Positions 1 to 8,629 of a stretch of DNA of 64,000 nt are shown piece by piece (position 1 is the stretch's first letter; every line of letters begins with the position of its first letter). The stretch lies in assembly GCA_007129945.1 (NCBI GenBank), contig SKUN01000087.1, forward strand, positions 21,985 to 85,984, in the 5' to 3' direction. The position numbers and the translations under genes were made by a program. The notes under the pieces were generated by a model. That model saw only the letters and a list, made by a program, of their open reading frames with translations. It made no database searches and was not told the DNA's origin. The stretch comes from Bacteroidales bacterium (GTDB taxonomy: Bacteria; Bacteroidota; Bacteroidia; Bacteroidales; UBA7960).

Positions 1-351
1 GCCCTGCGTCAGCAGATCATCAAACGCCTCATGGAAGAGGGTTTTTTGGATGATCTTCGGTTTGCAAGGCTCTATGCACGTGGGAAATTTTTGAATAACC
101 AGTGGGGGAAAGTCAGGATTAAAGCTGAACTGCTGTCGCGCGGCATTGACGATGCGCATATCATGATGGCTTTGTCTGAAATTGACCAGCAACAGTATTC
201 AGAAATGCTTCATGCCATATTGATCAAAAAATACCACAGCATCCGGGAAAAGAACCGGACAAACCCGGAGGAAAGAACAGCGGCCTATGCCATTCAAAAA
301 GGGTATGAACCCGGCCTTGTCTGGCAATCACTTAAAGAGGCAATAAAGTAA
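1..351 (+). CDS. recX: RecX-family regulatory protein, C-terminal part (5' end lies outside the window)
   Basis: The frame is open from base 1 (ALRQQIIKRLMEEGFLDD...). The helical-repeat sequence LRFARLYARGKF..WGKVRIKAELLSRGI is typical of RecX. Stop at 349-351. Confidence 0.7.
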   Translation, partial: ALRQQIIKRLMEEGFLDDLRFARLYARGKFLNNQWGKVRIKAELLSRGIDDAHIMMALSEIDQQQYSEMLHAILIKKYHSIREKNRTNPEERTAAYAIQKGYEPGLVWQSLKEAIK

Positions 352-377
352 CTGTCGGCAATAAAACAAACAGCAAA

Positions 378-1461
378 ATGATCTATAACGAACACGTAAA
401 AGACATCGCTAAGAGGCTTGATGCCTTGAGGAGGTTTCTTTGACATTGACGGCAAGAAAAACCAGGTCAATGATCTTCAGAAACTGACAGAATCACCCGA
501 TTTCTGGGATGATCCCAAAAAAGCAGAACAGACGCTCAGAAAAATCAGCAGCATCAATAAATGGATAGATGCTTTTGATGAAGCCAGCCAGAAAGCAGCA
601 GACCTGAAAGTACTGTTTGATTTTTACCAGGAGGGGGAAGGTTCCGAAGAAGAGCTTACAGCACAGCATGACGAAACAGTGGCCTTGCTTGAAGAACTTG
701 AGCTGAAAAAAATGCTCAACAAGGAGGAGGACCACCTCAATGCCATTGTTACCATTAATGCCGGAGCAGGAGGCACTGAAAGCCAGGACTGGGCTGAAAT
801 GCTCATGCGGATGTATTTGCGCTGGGGAGAAAGAAATCAGTACAAAACCAAAGTACTGGATATACAGGAGGGAGATACTGCCGGGATCAAAAGTGCCTCC
901 ATTGAATTCGAGGGCGATAATGCCTTTGGGTATTTAAAGGGAGAAAGCGGCGTCCACCGCCTGGTCAGGCTTTCGCCATTTGACGCAAACAACAAAAGAC
1001 ATACGTCATTCGCCTCTGTTTACGCCTACCCGGTTGTGGACGACAACATTGAAATCGAGATCAATCCGGCCGACCTGAGCTGGGACACCTTCCGGTCAAG
1101 CGGCCCCGGGGGTCAGAATGTAAATAAGATCGAGAGTGCCGTGCGGGTAAGACATGCACCAAGTGGTCTGGTGGTAGAATGCCAGGAGACGAGGTCACAG
1201 GGGCAAAACAGGGAAAAAGCCCTCACCATGCTGAAATCTCAGCTTTATGAAATCGAACTGAGAAAGAAACGGGAAAAAATTGATACCATTGAAGACAGCA
1301 AGAAAAAAATAGAATGGGGTTCCCAGATACGGAATTATGTATTCCATCCGTATAAGATGGTCAAGGATCTCCGGACCAATGTGGAAACATCCAATGTGCA
1401 GAATGTAATGGATGGAGAAATCGATAATTTTATCAAGGCCTATCTCATAGAATTTGCCTGA
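378..1461 (+). CDS. prfB: Peptide chain release factor 2, made by a programmed +1 frameshift (frame of 378 up to CTT 438-440, then the frame of 442 onward)
   Basis: ATG 378 opens MIYNEHVKDIAKRLDALRRFL and then hits an in-frame TGA at 441-443. The +1 frame continues DIDGKKNQVNDL... into track ORF 679..1461. That part carries the SPF motif (RLSPFD) and the GGQ motif (SGPGGQNVNK). Confidence 0.95.
429..444 (+). promoter_or_regulatory. prfB recoding site AGGAGG-TTT-CTT-TGA-C (internal SD-like stimulator plus slippery CUU UGA C)
   Basis: The sequence agg agg ttt ctt tga c is read directly. The spacing is the same as in the classical RF2 autoregulatory frameshift site. Confidence 0.9.
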
Positions 1462-1740
1462 GCAACCGCTGCAAAATAACCACAAATACCTGACCCTCAT
1501 AGGGTAAAAAAAAACTTTCATCGCTTTTTTTAACAAAAGGGGTTATTGTTTTTTGTATCAAACAGTTATGCTTTTTTGGTTAATAACTTTCCGTTTTTGT
1601 TAATAATAAGCGGCGAGGATCCATGGTTTTGTTTCTTAACTTCGTTGTCACAACCTGATTTTTTCTCGCAATCCGTAACATTTCCTTAAACGTGTTGGGG
1701 GTCTAAGCCCCTGATGCTGTAAAGACCAAAACGAATTAAC

Positions 1741-4404
1741 ATGGGCAACAAGACAACCATCAGTGACGCAAAACAAGGAAATCAGCAAACAGCAGAAGAG
1801 AAAAACCTGTATGACCAGGTACTGGACAAGCGGGTTCTTCCGGAAGATGAAGCCCCGCAGACGGATGATATGCTCCGGCCCTCCCTGGCCAAATACGATT
1901 ATGAAAAAGTGATAAAAATGGCCACGGAGTATTTTGACGGAGACAGCCTGGCCGCAGGGGTATGGGTCAGTAAATATGCCCTGAAAGACTCACAGGGCAA
2001 CCTGTATGAGCAGACCCCCGATGACATGCACCGGCGGATTGCCAGGGAGATCCACCGTATTGAAAATAATTATCCAAACCCGCTTCCTGAAGAGAAAATA
2101 TTCACCCTTCTGAAAGACTTTCGCTACATTGTCCCGCAGGGTAGCCCAATGGCGGGCATCGGCAATCCTTTCCAGATCGGATCCCTGTCCAATTGCTTTG
2201 TGATCGGGAACCGGGGTGACGCCGATTCCTACGGAGGCATCATGAAAGTGGATGAGGAACAGGTTCAGCTGATGAAACGCAGGGGCGGAGTCGGACACGA
2301 TCTTTCCCACATCAGACCCAAAGGCAGTCCGGTAAAAAACAGTGCCCTTACTTCCACCGGGCTGGGCCCGTTTATGGAGAGGTATTCGAATTCCACCCGC
2401 GAGGTGGCGCAGGATGGCCGGAGAGGCGCACTGATGCTTACGGTCTCGGTCAAACACCCCGATGCGGAAAGCTTTATTGATGCAAAACTCGAACAGGGAA
2501 AGGTGACGGGGGCCAATGTATCGGTGAAGATCACGGATGAATTCATGGAGGCGGTACGCGACGACAGGGAGTTCGTGCAGCAATACCCCATTGAGGCAGA
2601 AAACCCCAAATACATCAAGAAGATCAACGCCCGCGCATTGTGGCAGAAGATCATCCACAACGCATGGAAGTCGGCTGAGCCCGGCATCCTTTTCTGGGAC
2701 ACCGTCATCAATGAATCTGTGCCGGACTCCTACGCGGACCTGGGGTTTAAAACGGTTTCCACCAACCCCTGCGGGGAGATACCGCTGTGTCCTTATGACA
2801 GCTGCCGGCTTTTGGCCATCAACCTTTACGGATACATCAAACACCCATTCACGGATAAAGCCAGTTTTGATTTTGACCTTTTCAGGGAACATGTGGGCTA
2901 TGCACAGCGGATCATGGATGACATCATCGACCTGGAGCTGGAGAAGATTGACAACATCCTCAACAAGATATCCGCAGACCCGGAAGAAGAAGAGGTAAAA
3001 CGGGTGGAATACACCCTGTGGCAGAAGATTCGCGACAAATGCGTGGAAGGCCGCAGGACAGGCATCGGCATCACCGCTGAAGGAGATATGCTGGCAGCGC
3101 TGGGATACCGTTATGGAACGCCGGAGGCAAACGACTTTTCCGTTCAGGTTCACAAAACCCTCGCCCTGGCGGCCTACCGGTCTTCAGTAAAACTCGCCGC
3201 TGACCGGGGTGCCTTCCCTTTGTACAACAGCAAACGGGAAGCAGACAACCCCTTCATCAAACGGCTGAAAAAAGCCGACCCGGAGTTATATGAGGAAATG
3301 CTGGCCCACGGAAGAAGAAATGTGGCATTGCTGACCGTCGCCCCGACCGGCAGTGTCTCCATCCTTACCCAGACTACTTCAGGCATTGAACCGGTATTTA
3401 TGGTGGCCTACAAACGCAGAAGGAAGGTAAACCCCGGCGATAAAAATGTGAAAGTGGATTTTGTGGATGAGGTGGGTGACCATTGGGAAGAATTCAACGT
3501 TTTCCACCAGAAATTCGTTGACTGGCTCATCCTCAACAACTACGACATTGATGAAGTAAAACACATGAAGGAGGATGAGCTGAAAGATGTTATCCAGCGC
3601 TCCCCTTATTACAAAGCTACGGCCAATGACGTGGACTGGGTGGCCAAGGTACACATGCAGGGGGCTGTTCAGAAATGGGTAGACCATTCCATCAGTGTCA
3701 CGGTGAATGTGCCCGGCGATGTATCCGAAGAACTGGTGGGAGACATTTACCAGACAGGGTGGCAGAGCGGGTGCAAAGGAATCACGGTTTACCGTGACGG
3801 GTCACGTTCCGGTGTGCTGGTTAACGACAACAAAAAAGACAAAAACGACTTCAAGGAAACAGATGCGCCTGTAAGACCCAAAATCCTTGAATCAGAGGTG
3901 GTCAGATTCAACAACGACTCTGAAAAATGGCTGGCCGTTGTAGGGTTATTGCATGACAGGCCTTATGAGATCTTTACCGGTAAAGCGGAAGGATTCTACC
4001 TCCCTCCTTACGTGGAGAAAGGCTGGGTCATTAAAAACCGTCTCCCCGGCGGAGAAAAACGTTATGATTTTCAATTCCTTGACAGGGACGGCTACAGAGT
4101 AACCATAGAAGGCCTTTCACGTTCTTTCCACAAGGAATACTGGAACTATGCCAAACTGATATCAGGAATCCTGCGTCACGGGATGCCCATCCCCTCTGTG
4201 GTGGATGTGATCGAAGACCTGAGTCTTTACAGCGACAGGCTTCACACATGGAAAAACGGTGTGGTACGTGCCCTGAAAAGATTTATCCCTGACGGGACCA
4301 AGGCCAAGGGGCGCATATGCAACAATTGCAACCAGGAAGACTCGGTGATCTACCAGGAAGGATGCCTCACCTGTACCAGTTGCGGGGAGAGCAAGTGCGG
4401 ATAG
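1741..4404 (+). CDS. nrdJ: Adenosylcobalamin-dependent (class II) ribonucleotide reductase
   Basis: 887 aa. Long monomeric RNR-type sequence (STNPCGEIPL, TVAPTGSVS) with a C-terminal Cys-rich tail, CNNCNQEDSVIYQEGCLTCTSCGESKCG. Confidence 0.88.
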   Translation: MGNKTTISDAKQGNQQTAEEKNLYDQVLDKRVLPEDEAPQTDDMLRPSLAKYDYEKVIKMATEYFDGDSLAAGVWVSKYALKDSQGNLYEQTPDDMHRRIAREIHRIENNYPNPLPEEKIFTLLKDFRYIVPQGSPMAGIGNPFQIGSLSNCFVIGNRGDADSYGGIMKVDEEQVQLMKRRGGVGHDLSHIRPKGSPVKNSALTSTGLGPFMERYSNSTREVAQDGRRGALMLTVSVKHPDAESFIDAKLEQGKVTGANVSVKITDEFMEAVRDDREFVQQYPIEAENPKYIKKINARALWQKIIHNAWKSAEPGILFWDTVINESVPDSYADLGFKTVSTNPCGEIPLCPYDSCRLLAINLYGYIKHPFTDKASFDFDLFREHVGYAQRIMDDIIDLELEKIDNILNKISADPEEEEVKRVEYTLWQKIRDKCVEGRRTGIGITAEGDMLAALGYRYGTPEANDFSVQVHKTLALAAYRSSVKLAADRGAFPLYNSKREADNPFIKRLKKADPELYEEMLAHGRRNVALLTVAPTGSVSILTQTTSGIEPVFMVAYKRRRKVNPGDKNVKVDFVDEVGDHWEEFNVFHQKFVDWLILNNYDIDEVKHMKEDELKDVIQRSPYYKATANDVDWVAKVHMQGAVQKWVDHSISVTVNVPGDVSEELVGDIYQTGWQSGCKGITVYRDGSRSGVLVNDNKKDKNDFKETDAPVRPKILESEVVRFNNDSEKWLAVVGLLHDRPYEIFTGKAEGFYLPPYVEKGWVIKNRLPGGEKRYDFQFLDRDGYRVTIEGLSRSFHKEYWNYAKLISGILRHGMPIPSVVDVIEDLSLYSDRLHTWKNGVVRALKRFIPDGTKAKGRICNNCNQEDSVIYQEGCLTCTSCGESKCG

Positions 4405-4425
4405 CATCCTGACCAGTTAAACAAT

Positions 4426-4468
4426 AAAGGGTTCGTGACCGATCTGAAAAGATATTCACGAACCCTTT
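4426..4468. terminator. Hairpin between the convergent nrdJ and AbgT genes (13-bp stem)
   Basis: AAAGGGTTCGTGA (4426-4438) pairs perfectly with TCACGAACCCTTT (4456-4468). It is followed by ATTTAT on the + strand. Confidence 0.6.
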
Positions 4469-4481
4469 ATTTATACATAAA

Positions 4482-4510
4482 CCCTGCGGGAGAATATCAC
4501 CCCTGCAGGG
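4482..4510 (-). terminator. Candidate terminator hairpin after the AbgT-family gene
   Basis: CCCTGC...GCAGGG stem. On the minus strand it is followed by TTTAT. It lies 15 nt past the stop at 4525. Confidence 0.4.
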
Positions 4511-4524
4511 AATTGACCGTTGTT

Positions 4525-6105
4525 TTATGTCAGGAAAATATACTCTCCGACACCGATCGGGAGGTTCAGCAGATACCATGCAAACAACAACACCAACCAC
4601 ATCACAAACAAAATGATTGCATAGGGAATAAGCAACGACACAATGGTGCCGATGCCGATATTCTTGTTGTATTTATGGACCCATCCCAGAAGCAGCGGGA
4701 AATATACATACAGCGGTGTCACACAGTTGGTGATGGAGTCACCCACACGGTACATCAGCTGCACAAATGCCGGGCTGTAGTTGAGCTGGGCAAGCATGGG
4801 AATAAAGATCGGGGCAAATATGGCCCATTTGGCTGAACCGCTTCCAAGAAAGATATTCAAAACAGCCACAAGGATCATATACATCACGAACATCATCGGA
4901 CCGACAAGGCCGGTTGCCTGAAGAAAATCCGCACCCGTGATGGCCAGGATGGTATCCAGGTTTGACCAGCTGAACAGGTTGATAAACTGCGCAACGATCA
5001 GCATCAGCACAATATAACCGGACAATTCTTTCATCCCGTGTTCCATCTGCTTCAGGATATCATTGGGCTGCTTGATGGCACCGGTGGCTTTCCCGTAAAA
5101 GTATCCGGGAATGGCAAAGAAGAAAAACAAAATCGGAATCAACCCCCTTAAAAACGGGGAGGGGACGATTCCGCCCGTTTCCTGGTCTCGCAGAGGAGCG
5201 CCTTCAGGTACCACGAGCAGGGCAATCAGTATGATATAAATGAGCAGGGCCAGGCCGGCTCTTCTTAACCCAAGTCGTTCAGTAGGTGACAACTTGCCGT
5301 CGGTCACTTCATGGTCGAAATTTCCGAGCAATTCGAACTTCTGGCAGCGCGGGATGGTATAACGCCGGGCAATGAATGCCCCTCCGAAAGCCAATAGCAC
5401 CGTGGATGCGATCATAAAATACCAGTTGGCTGTCGGACTCACCTCCATGCCACCGGGCATCTGCGAAGTGATCTCCGTACTGATCCCGGCCAGCAATACA
5501 TCTGTTCCCGCAATGAAAAAATTGGCGGTAAAACCGGCAGTAGCCCCGGCATACCCGGCAACGAGACCTGCAATGGGATGAAGACCCATTTGTGCAAAAA
5601 TCAATGCTGCAATTGGTGGCACAATGACCACCCCGGCATCAGAACCGATGTTTCCGCATGCACCGATAATGAAGATCACAGGCAACACCACTTTTCGCGG
5701 CACGGCAAAGGCAATCGTCCGCAAAGCCACCGCAAGCAGGCCGCTGCGCTCGGCAATGGAGACACCCATCAACATCACCAGCACCAATCCGAACGGAGCA
5801 AAATGAGCAAAATTTGTTACCACTTCCTGGACAAACCACCTCAGTCCTTCCCCGCTGACCAGGTTCCTGGCTTCCACCAGGCTGCCATCGTCGGGGTGAA
5901 TGGCACTTACTTTGAGAAAAGCCGTAACGGCACTGACTACAATAATAATCCCGCAAATCCAGACAAAAATCCAAAAAGGATGAGGCAGCTTGTTCCCCAT
6001 ATCCTCAATCCAACGAAGAAAGCCCGTTGAACCGGTATCTGCTCCTTGTTGTGTTGATTCCCCGGCACGATTTTCGTTCCGGCTCTCTTTGTTTTTTTCA
6101 GCCAT
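4525..6105 (-). CDS. AbgT-family (p-aminobenzoyl-glutamate type) transporter
   Basis: 526 aa polytopic membrane protein. The N-terminus ...FLRWIEDMGNKLPHPFWIFVWI and the overall profile match the AbgT family. Confidence 0.8.
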   Translation of the reverse strand: MAEKNKESRNENRAGESTQQGADTGSTGFLRWIEDMGNKLPHPFWIFVWICGIIIVVSAVTAFLKVSAIHPDDGSLVEARNLVSGEGLRWFVQEVVTNFAHFAPFGLVLVMLMGVSIAERSGLLAVALRTIAFAVPRKVVLPVIFIIGACGNIGSDAGVVIVPPIAALIFAQMGLHPIAGLVAGYAGATAGFTANFFIAGTDVLLAGISTEITSQMPGGMEVSPTANWYFMIASTVLLAFGGAFIARRYTIPRCQKFELLGNFDHEVTDGKLSPTERLGLRRAGLALLIYIILIALLVVPEGAPLRDQETGGIVPSPFLRGLIPILFFFFAIPGYFYGKATGAIKQPNDILKQMEHGMKELSGYIVLMLIVAQFINLFSWSNLDTILAITGADFLQATGLVGPMMFVMYMILVAVLNIFLGSGSAKWAIFAPIFIPMLAQLNYSPAFVQLMYRVGDSITNCVTPLYVYFPLLLGWVHKYNKNIGIGTIVSLLIPYAIILFVMWLVLLFAWYLLNLPIGVGEYIFLT

Positions 6106-6196
6106 AATTGTTTTAGATTAGGTTTTGGTGAACACGTATCTTATTTAGAATGATTCTACCTAACACTGCGTAACTCAGCCTGTTGCAGTGGTCAGG

Positions 6197-6204
6197 CAAA
6201 AATA
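6197..6204 (-). promoter_or_regulatory. Candidate Bacteroidota -7 box TATTTTTG for the AbgT-family gene
   Basis: The reverse complement of caaaaata matches TAnnTTTG, about 90 nt upstream of the ATG at 6105. Confidence 0.35.
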
Positions 6205-6253
6205 ACATTTTAACCGAATCCGCATCATTGGAAAACAAAAATGTCAGGACAAA

Positions 6254-6285
6254 AAAAACCCGGCATGAAAACACGCCGGGTTTTT
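6254..6285 (-). terminator. Intrinsic terminator after the EF-G paralogue (bidirectional shape)
   Basis: ACCCGGC (6258-6264) pairs with GCCGGGT (6275-6281). It is flanked by A8 and T5, so the minus-strand RNA ends in a U-run. It lies 20 nt after the stop at 6305. Confidence 0.7.
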
Positions 6286-6304
6286 ATTGTCAGAGGGGAA
6301 ATGC

Positions 6305-8440
6305 CTATTCCTCTTCTTTTTGTTCTTCTTCGTATGCTTTGAGCAGCTGATCCTGCACATCCATGGGCACCTGCTGGTATTCGGCATATTTCATGCCATA
6401 TGTGGCGCGTCCGCTTGTGATTGAGCTCAGGGTAGTTGAATAACGGTTCATCTCAGCCAATGGCACTTTTGCCTTGATGCGCTGATAGTTACCTTCACTT
6501 TCCATGCCCATAATAAGAGCGCGGCGTCCCTGCAGGTCAGTCATTACATCACCCATTTTCTCTTCGGGTACCATTACCTCCACATCATACACGGGTTCCA
6601 TGATCTTGGGCCCTGCATCCCTGAAGGCATCCTTGAACGCATTCCGGCCCGCAAGTTTGAACGAGATCTCGTTGGAGTCTACCGGGTGCATTTTGCCGTC
6701 GTAAACGTTCACAATAATATCACGTGCATAAGAGCCGGTAAGCGGACCTTCTTCCATTTTCTCCATGATGCCCTTCATGATGGCAGGCATAAAACGTGCA
6801 TCAATCGAACCGCCTACAATGCAATTGTTGAATACCAACTTGCCACCCCATTCCAGGTCATACACTTCCTGTTTACGCACAGGGAACTCGGTCTGGTTGG
6901 GCTTGCCTTCCTCATAGGGCTCAATCATCATGTACACCTCGCCGAACTGACCGGAGCCACCTGACTGCTTCTTGTGCCGGTAGCTTGCTTTGGCCGGTTT
7001 GGTGATGGTTTCCCGGTAAGGAATTTTCGGTGAAACAAACTCAACCTCCACCTTGTGAATGTTTTCCAGTATCCATTTGGCCACGTTCAGGTGCATCTCT
7101 CCCTGCCCCGAAACAAGCATCTGTTTCAGCTCTTTGGATTGTTCATACCGCAGGGTGGGATCTATATTATACATCTCTTTCAGAACAGTACCCATCTTTT
7201 CCTCGTCACTGGAATTCTTTGCCCTGATCGCCATGCGGAAATTGGGGTTGGGAAACACAATGGGTTCGGCCCTGACTCCCTGGTTCTTCTGCGAAGTCAG
7301 GGTGTGGTTTGTTTTGGTATCTTTCAGCTTGATGGTAGCTGCAATGTCGCCAGGCATTACCTTTTCCAGCTTCTGGCGGTTCTTGCCTGCAACGGCATAC
7401 AACTGAGACAGTCTTTCTTTGGTTTCTGTATGACTGTTAATGAGGTCGACCGATTCAGCAATGGTGCCTTCATACACCCGGAAGAAAGACATTTCACCAA
7501 GATGCGGTTCCACAGATGTCTTAAACACGAGTGCAACCACATCCTTGCCCGGATCCATGGAAAAAGCATTGCCTTCGGTATCCTTTTCAGGTTCTACTTC
7601 GTTGGGAGAAGGCAGGTTGGCTGTCACAAACTCCAGGAAACGGCCTGCGCCCTGGTTGTGTTTGGCAGAACCGCACATAATCGGATACATGGTCCGTGTG
7701 GCAATCCCCTGGTTGATCCCTTTGGCCAGCTCTTCCTCTGTGAGGGTTCCGTTCTCAAAGAAAACCTCCATAAGCGCCTCATCACTTTCGGCAGCAGCTT
7801 CAATAATAGCGTTCCGATATTCTTCGGCCCTGTCTGCCTCGGCATCCGGGATATCCAGCTCTTCAGGTTTTCCCCCATCGGCCGGAAATTTATACATTTT
7901 CATCTTCAGTACATCAACCACGCTGTCAAAACCCTGCCCGGGATTTACGGGATACTGGGCTATCAGTGCCTTGTCGCCAAACTGTGTTTTGACCTGACGA
8001 ACCGCTTCGTCAAAATTGGCTTTTTCATGCTCCACCTGATTGATCATAAATACGGCGGGCTTTTGAAGACGGCTGACCTGACGCCAGGTAATTTCGGTCC
8101 CGACCTCAACCCCGTTTTGCGCATTGATCACCATTACGGCTGTATCCGATACTTTCAGGGCAGCCACTACCTCCCCGATGAAATCATCAAAACCAGGGGC
8201 ATCGATAATATTGACTTTATAACCATTGTGTTCGGCGTACATCACTGTGGAGTAAACCGAAGCCTGCCTTTCGAGCTCAATTTCACGGTAGTCGGAAACG
8301 GCATTTTTGTCATCCACAGATCCTCTCCGGTTAATTACACCGCCTTCAAACAGCATGGCTTCTGCCAGGGTGGTTTTCCCTGCCTTGGCTCCACCCACCA
8401 GGGCAATATTTTTTAGTTCATTGGTCTGATATACTTTCAT
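6305..8440 (-). CDS. fusA2: Elongation factor G paralogue (EF-G2-like) with degenerate GTPase motifs
   Basis: Full EF-G domain architecture, 711 aa from MKVYQTNELKNIALVGGAKAGKTT. The ATG at 8440 is chosen over the track start at 8596 because homology begins there. Confidence 0.85.
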   Translation of the reverse strand: MKVYQTNELKNIALVGGAKAGKTTLAEAMLFEGGVINRRGSVDDKNAVSDYREIELERQASVYSTVMYAEHNGYKVNIIDAPGFDDFIGEVVAALKVSDTAVMVINAQNGVEVGTEITWRQVSRLQKPAVFMINQVEHEKANFDEAVRQVKTQFGDKALIAQYPVNPGQGFDSVVDVLKMKMYKFPADGGKPEELDIPDAEADRAEEYRNAIIEAAAESDEALMEVFFENGTLTEEELAKGINQGIATRTMYPIMCGSAKHNQGAGRFLEFVTANLPSPNEVEPEKDTEGNAFSMDPGKDVVALVFKTSVEPHLGEMSFFRVYEGTIAESVDLINSHTETKERLSQLYAVAGKNRQKLEKVMPGDIAATIKLKDTKTNHTLTSQKNQGVRAEPIVFPNPNFRMAIRAKNSSDEEKMGTVLKEMYNIDPTLRYEQSKELKQMLVSGQGEMHLNVAKWILENIHKVEVEFVSPKIPYRETITKPAKASYRHKKQSGGSGQFGEVYMMIEPYEEGKPNQTEFPVRKQEVYDLEWGGKLVFNNCIVGGSIDARFMPAIMKGIMEKMEEGPLTGSYARDIIVNVYDGKMHPVDSNEISFKLAGRNAFKDAFRDAGPKIMEPVYDVEVMVPEEKMGDVMTDLQGRRALIMGMESEGNYQRIKAKVPLAEMNRYSTTLSSITSGRATYGMKYAEYQQVPMDVQDQLLKAYEEEQKEEE

Positions 8441-8548
8441 AGCGACATCACAAGGTTTTAACGTGTATAATTCTGTTTTGATTAAGCATATAGTAATTCT
8501 GGCGGCTTCTCCCGATACCGGTTGTTTTTGGGCCGGCAAACAGGCCTG

Positions 8549-8576
8549 AAAAATAGCCACCTGAAAAAAAGTGGCT
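8549..8576 (-). terminator. Candidate terminator after glmS
   Basis: AGCCAC (8555-8560) pairs with GTGGCT (8571-8576). On the minus strand it is followed by ATTTTT. Confidence 0.35.
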
Positions 8577-8629
8577 AAAGTTAACAAAAAAACCAAACAC
8601 CCGGTAAAAAGAAAAAATGGACGGAATAA

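Noticed and set aside
1462-1740. Cobalamin riboswitch or NrdR operator upstream of the B12-dependent RNR.
   Set aside because: I could not find a B12-box-like core or a 16-bp NrdR-type palindrome pair by eye. Only the weak features reported as a low-interest finding were seen, and a covariance-model scan is needed.
7055-8416. 453-aa ORF antisense to the EF-G paralogue. Similar long antisense ORFs occur at 1990-3153, 31128-31853, 35362-36150, 38257-38928, 40023-40829, 56736-57560, 60050-60796 and 61220-61987.
   Set aside because: Each lies entirely opposite a gene with strong, recognisable homology. The products are low-complexity or Arg/Gly/His-rich with no recognisable motifs. These are typical shadow ORFs of ~50 percent GC coding DNA.
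6305-8596. Upstream-extended starts given by the ORF track (6305-8596, 13772, 15116, 15776, 18603, 21209, 22155, 28399, 30066, 40862, 50011, 59866, 59945).
   Set aside because: Homology to the respective families begins at an internal ATG or GTG. The extensions overlap upstream genes, terminators or leader regions, so the shorter starts were used.
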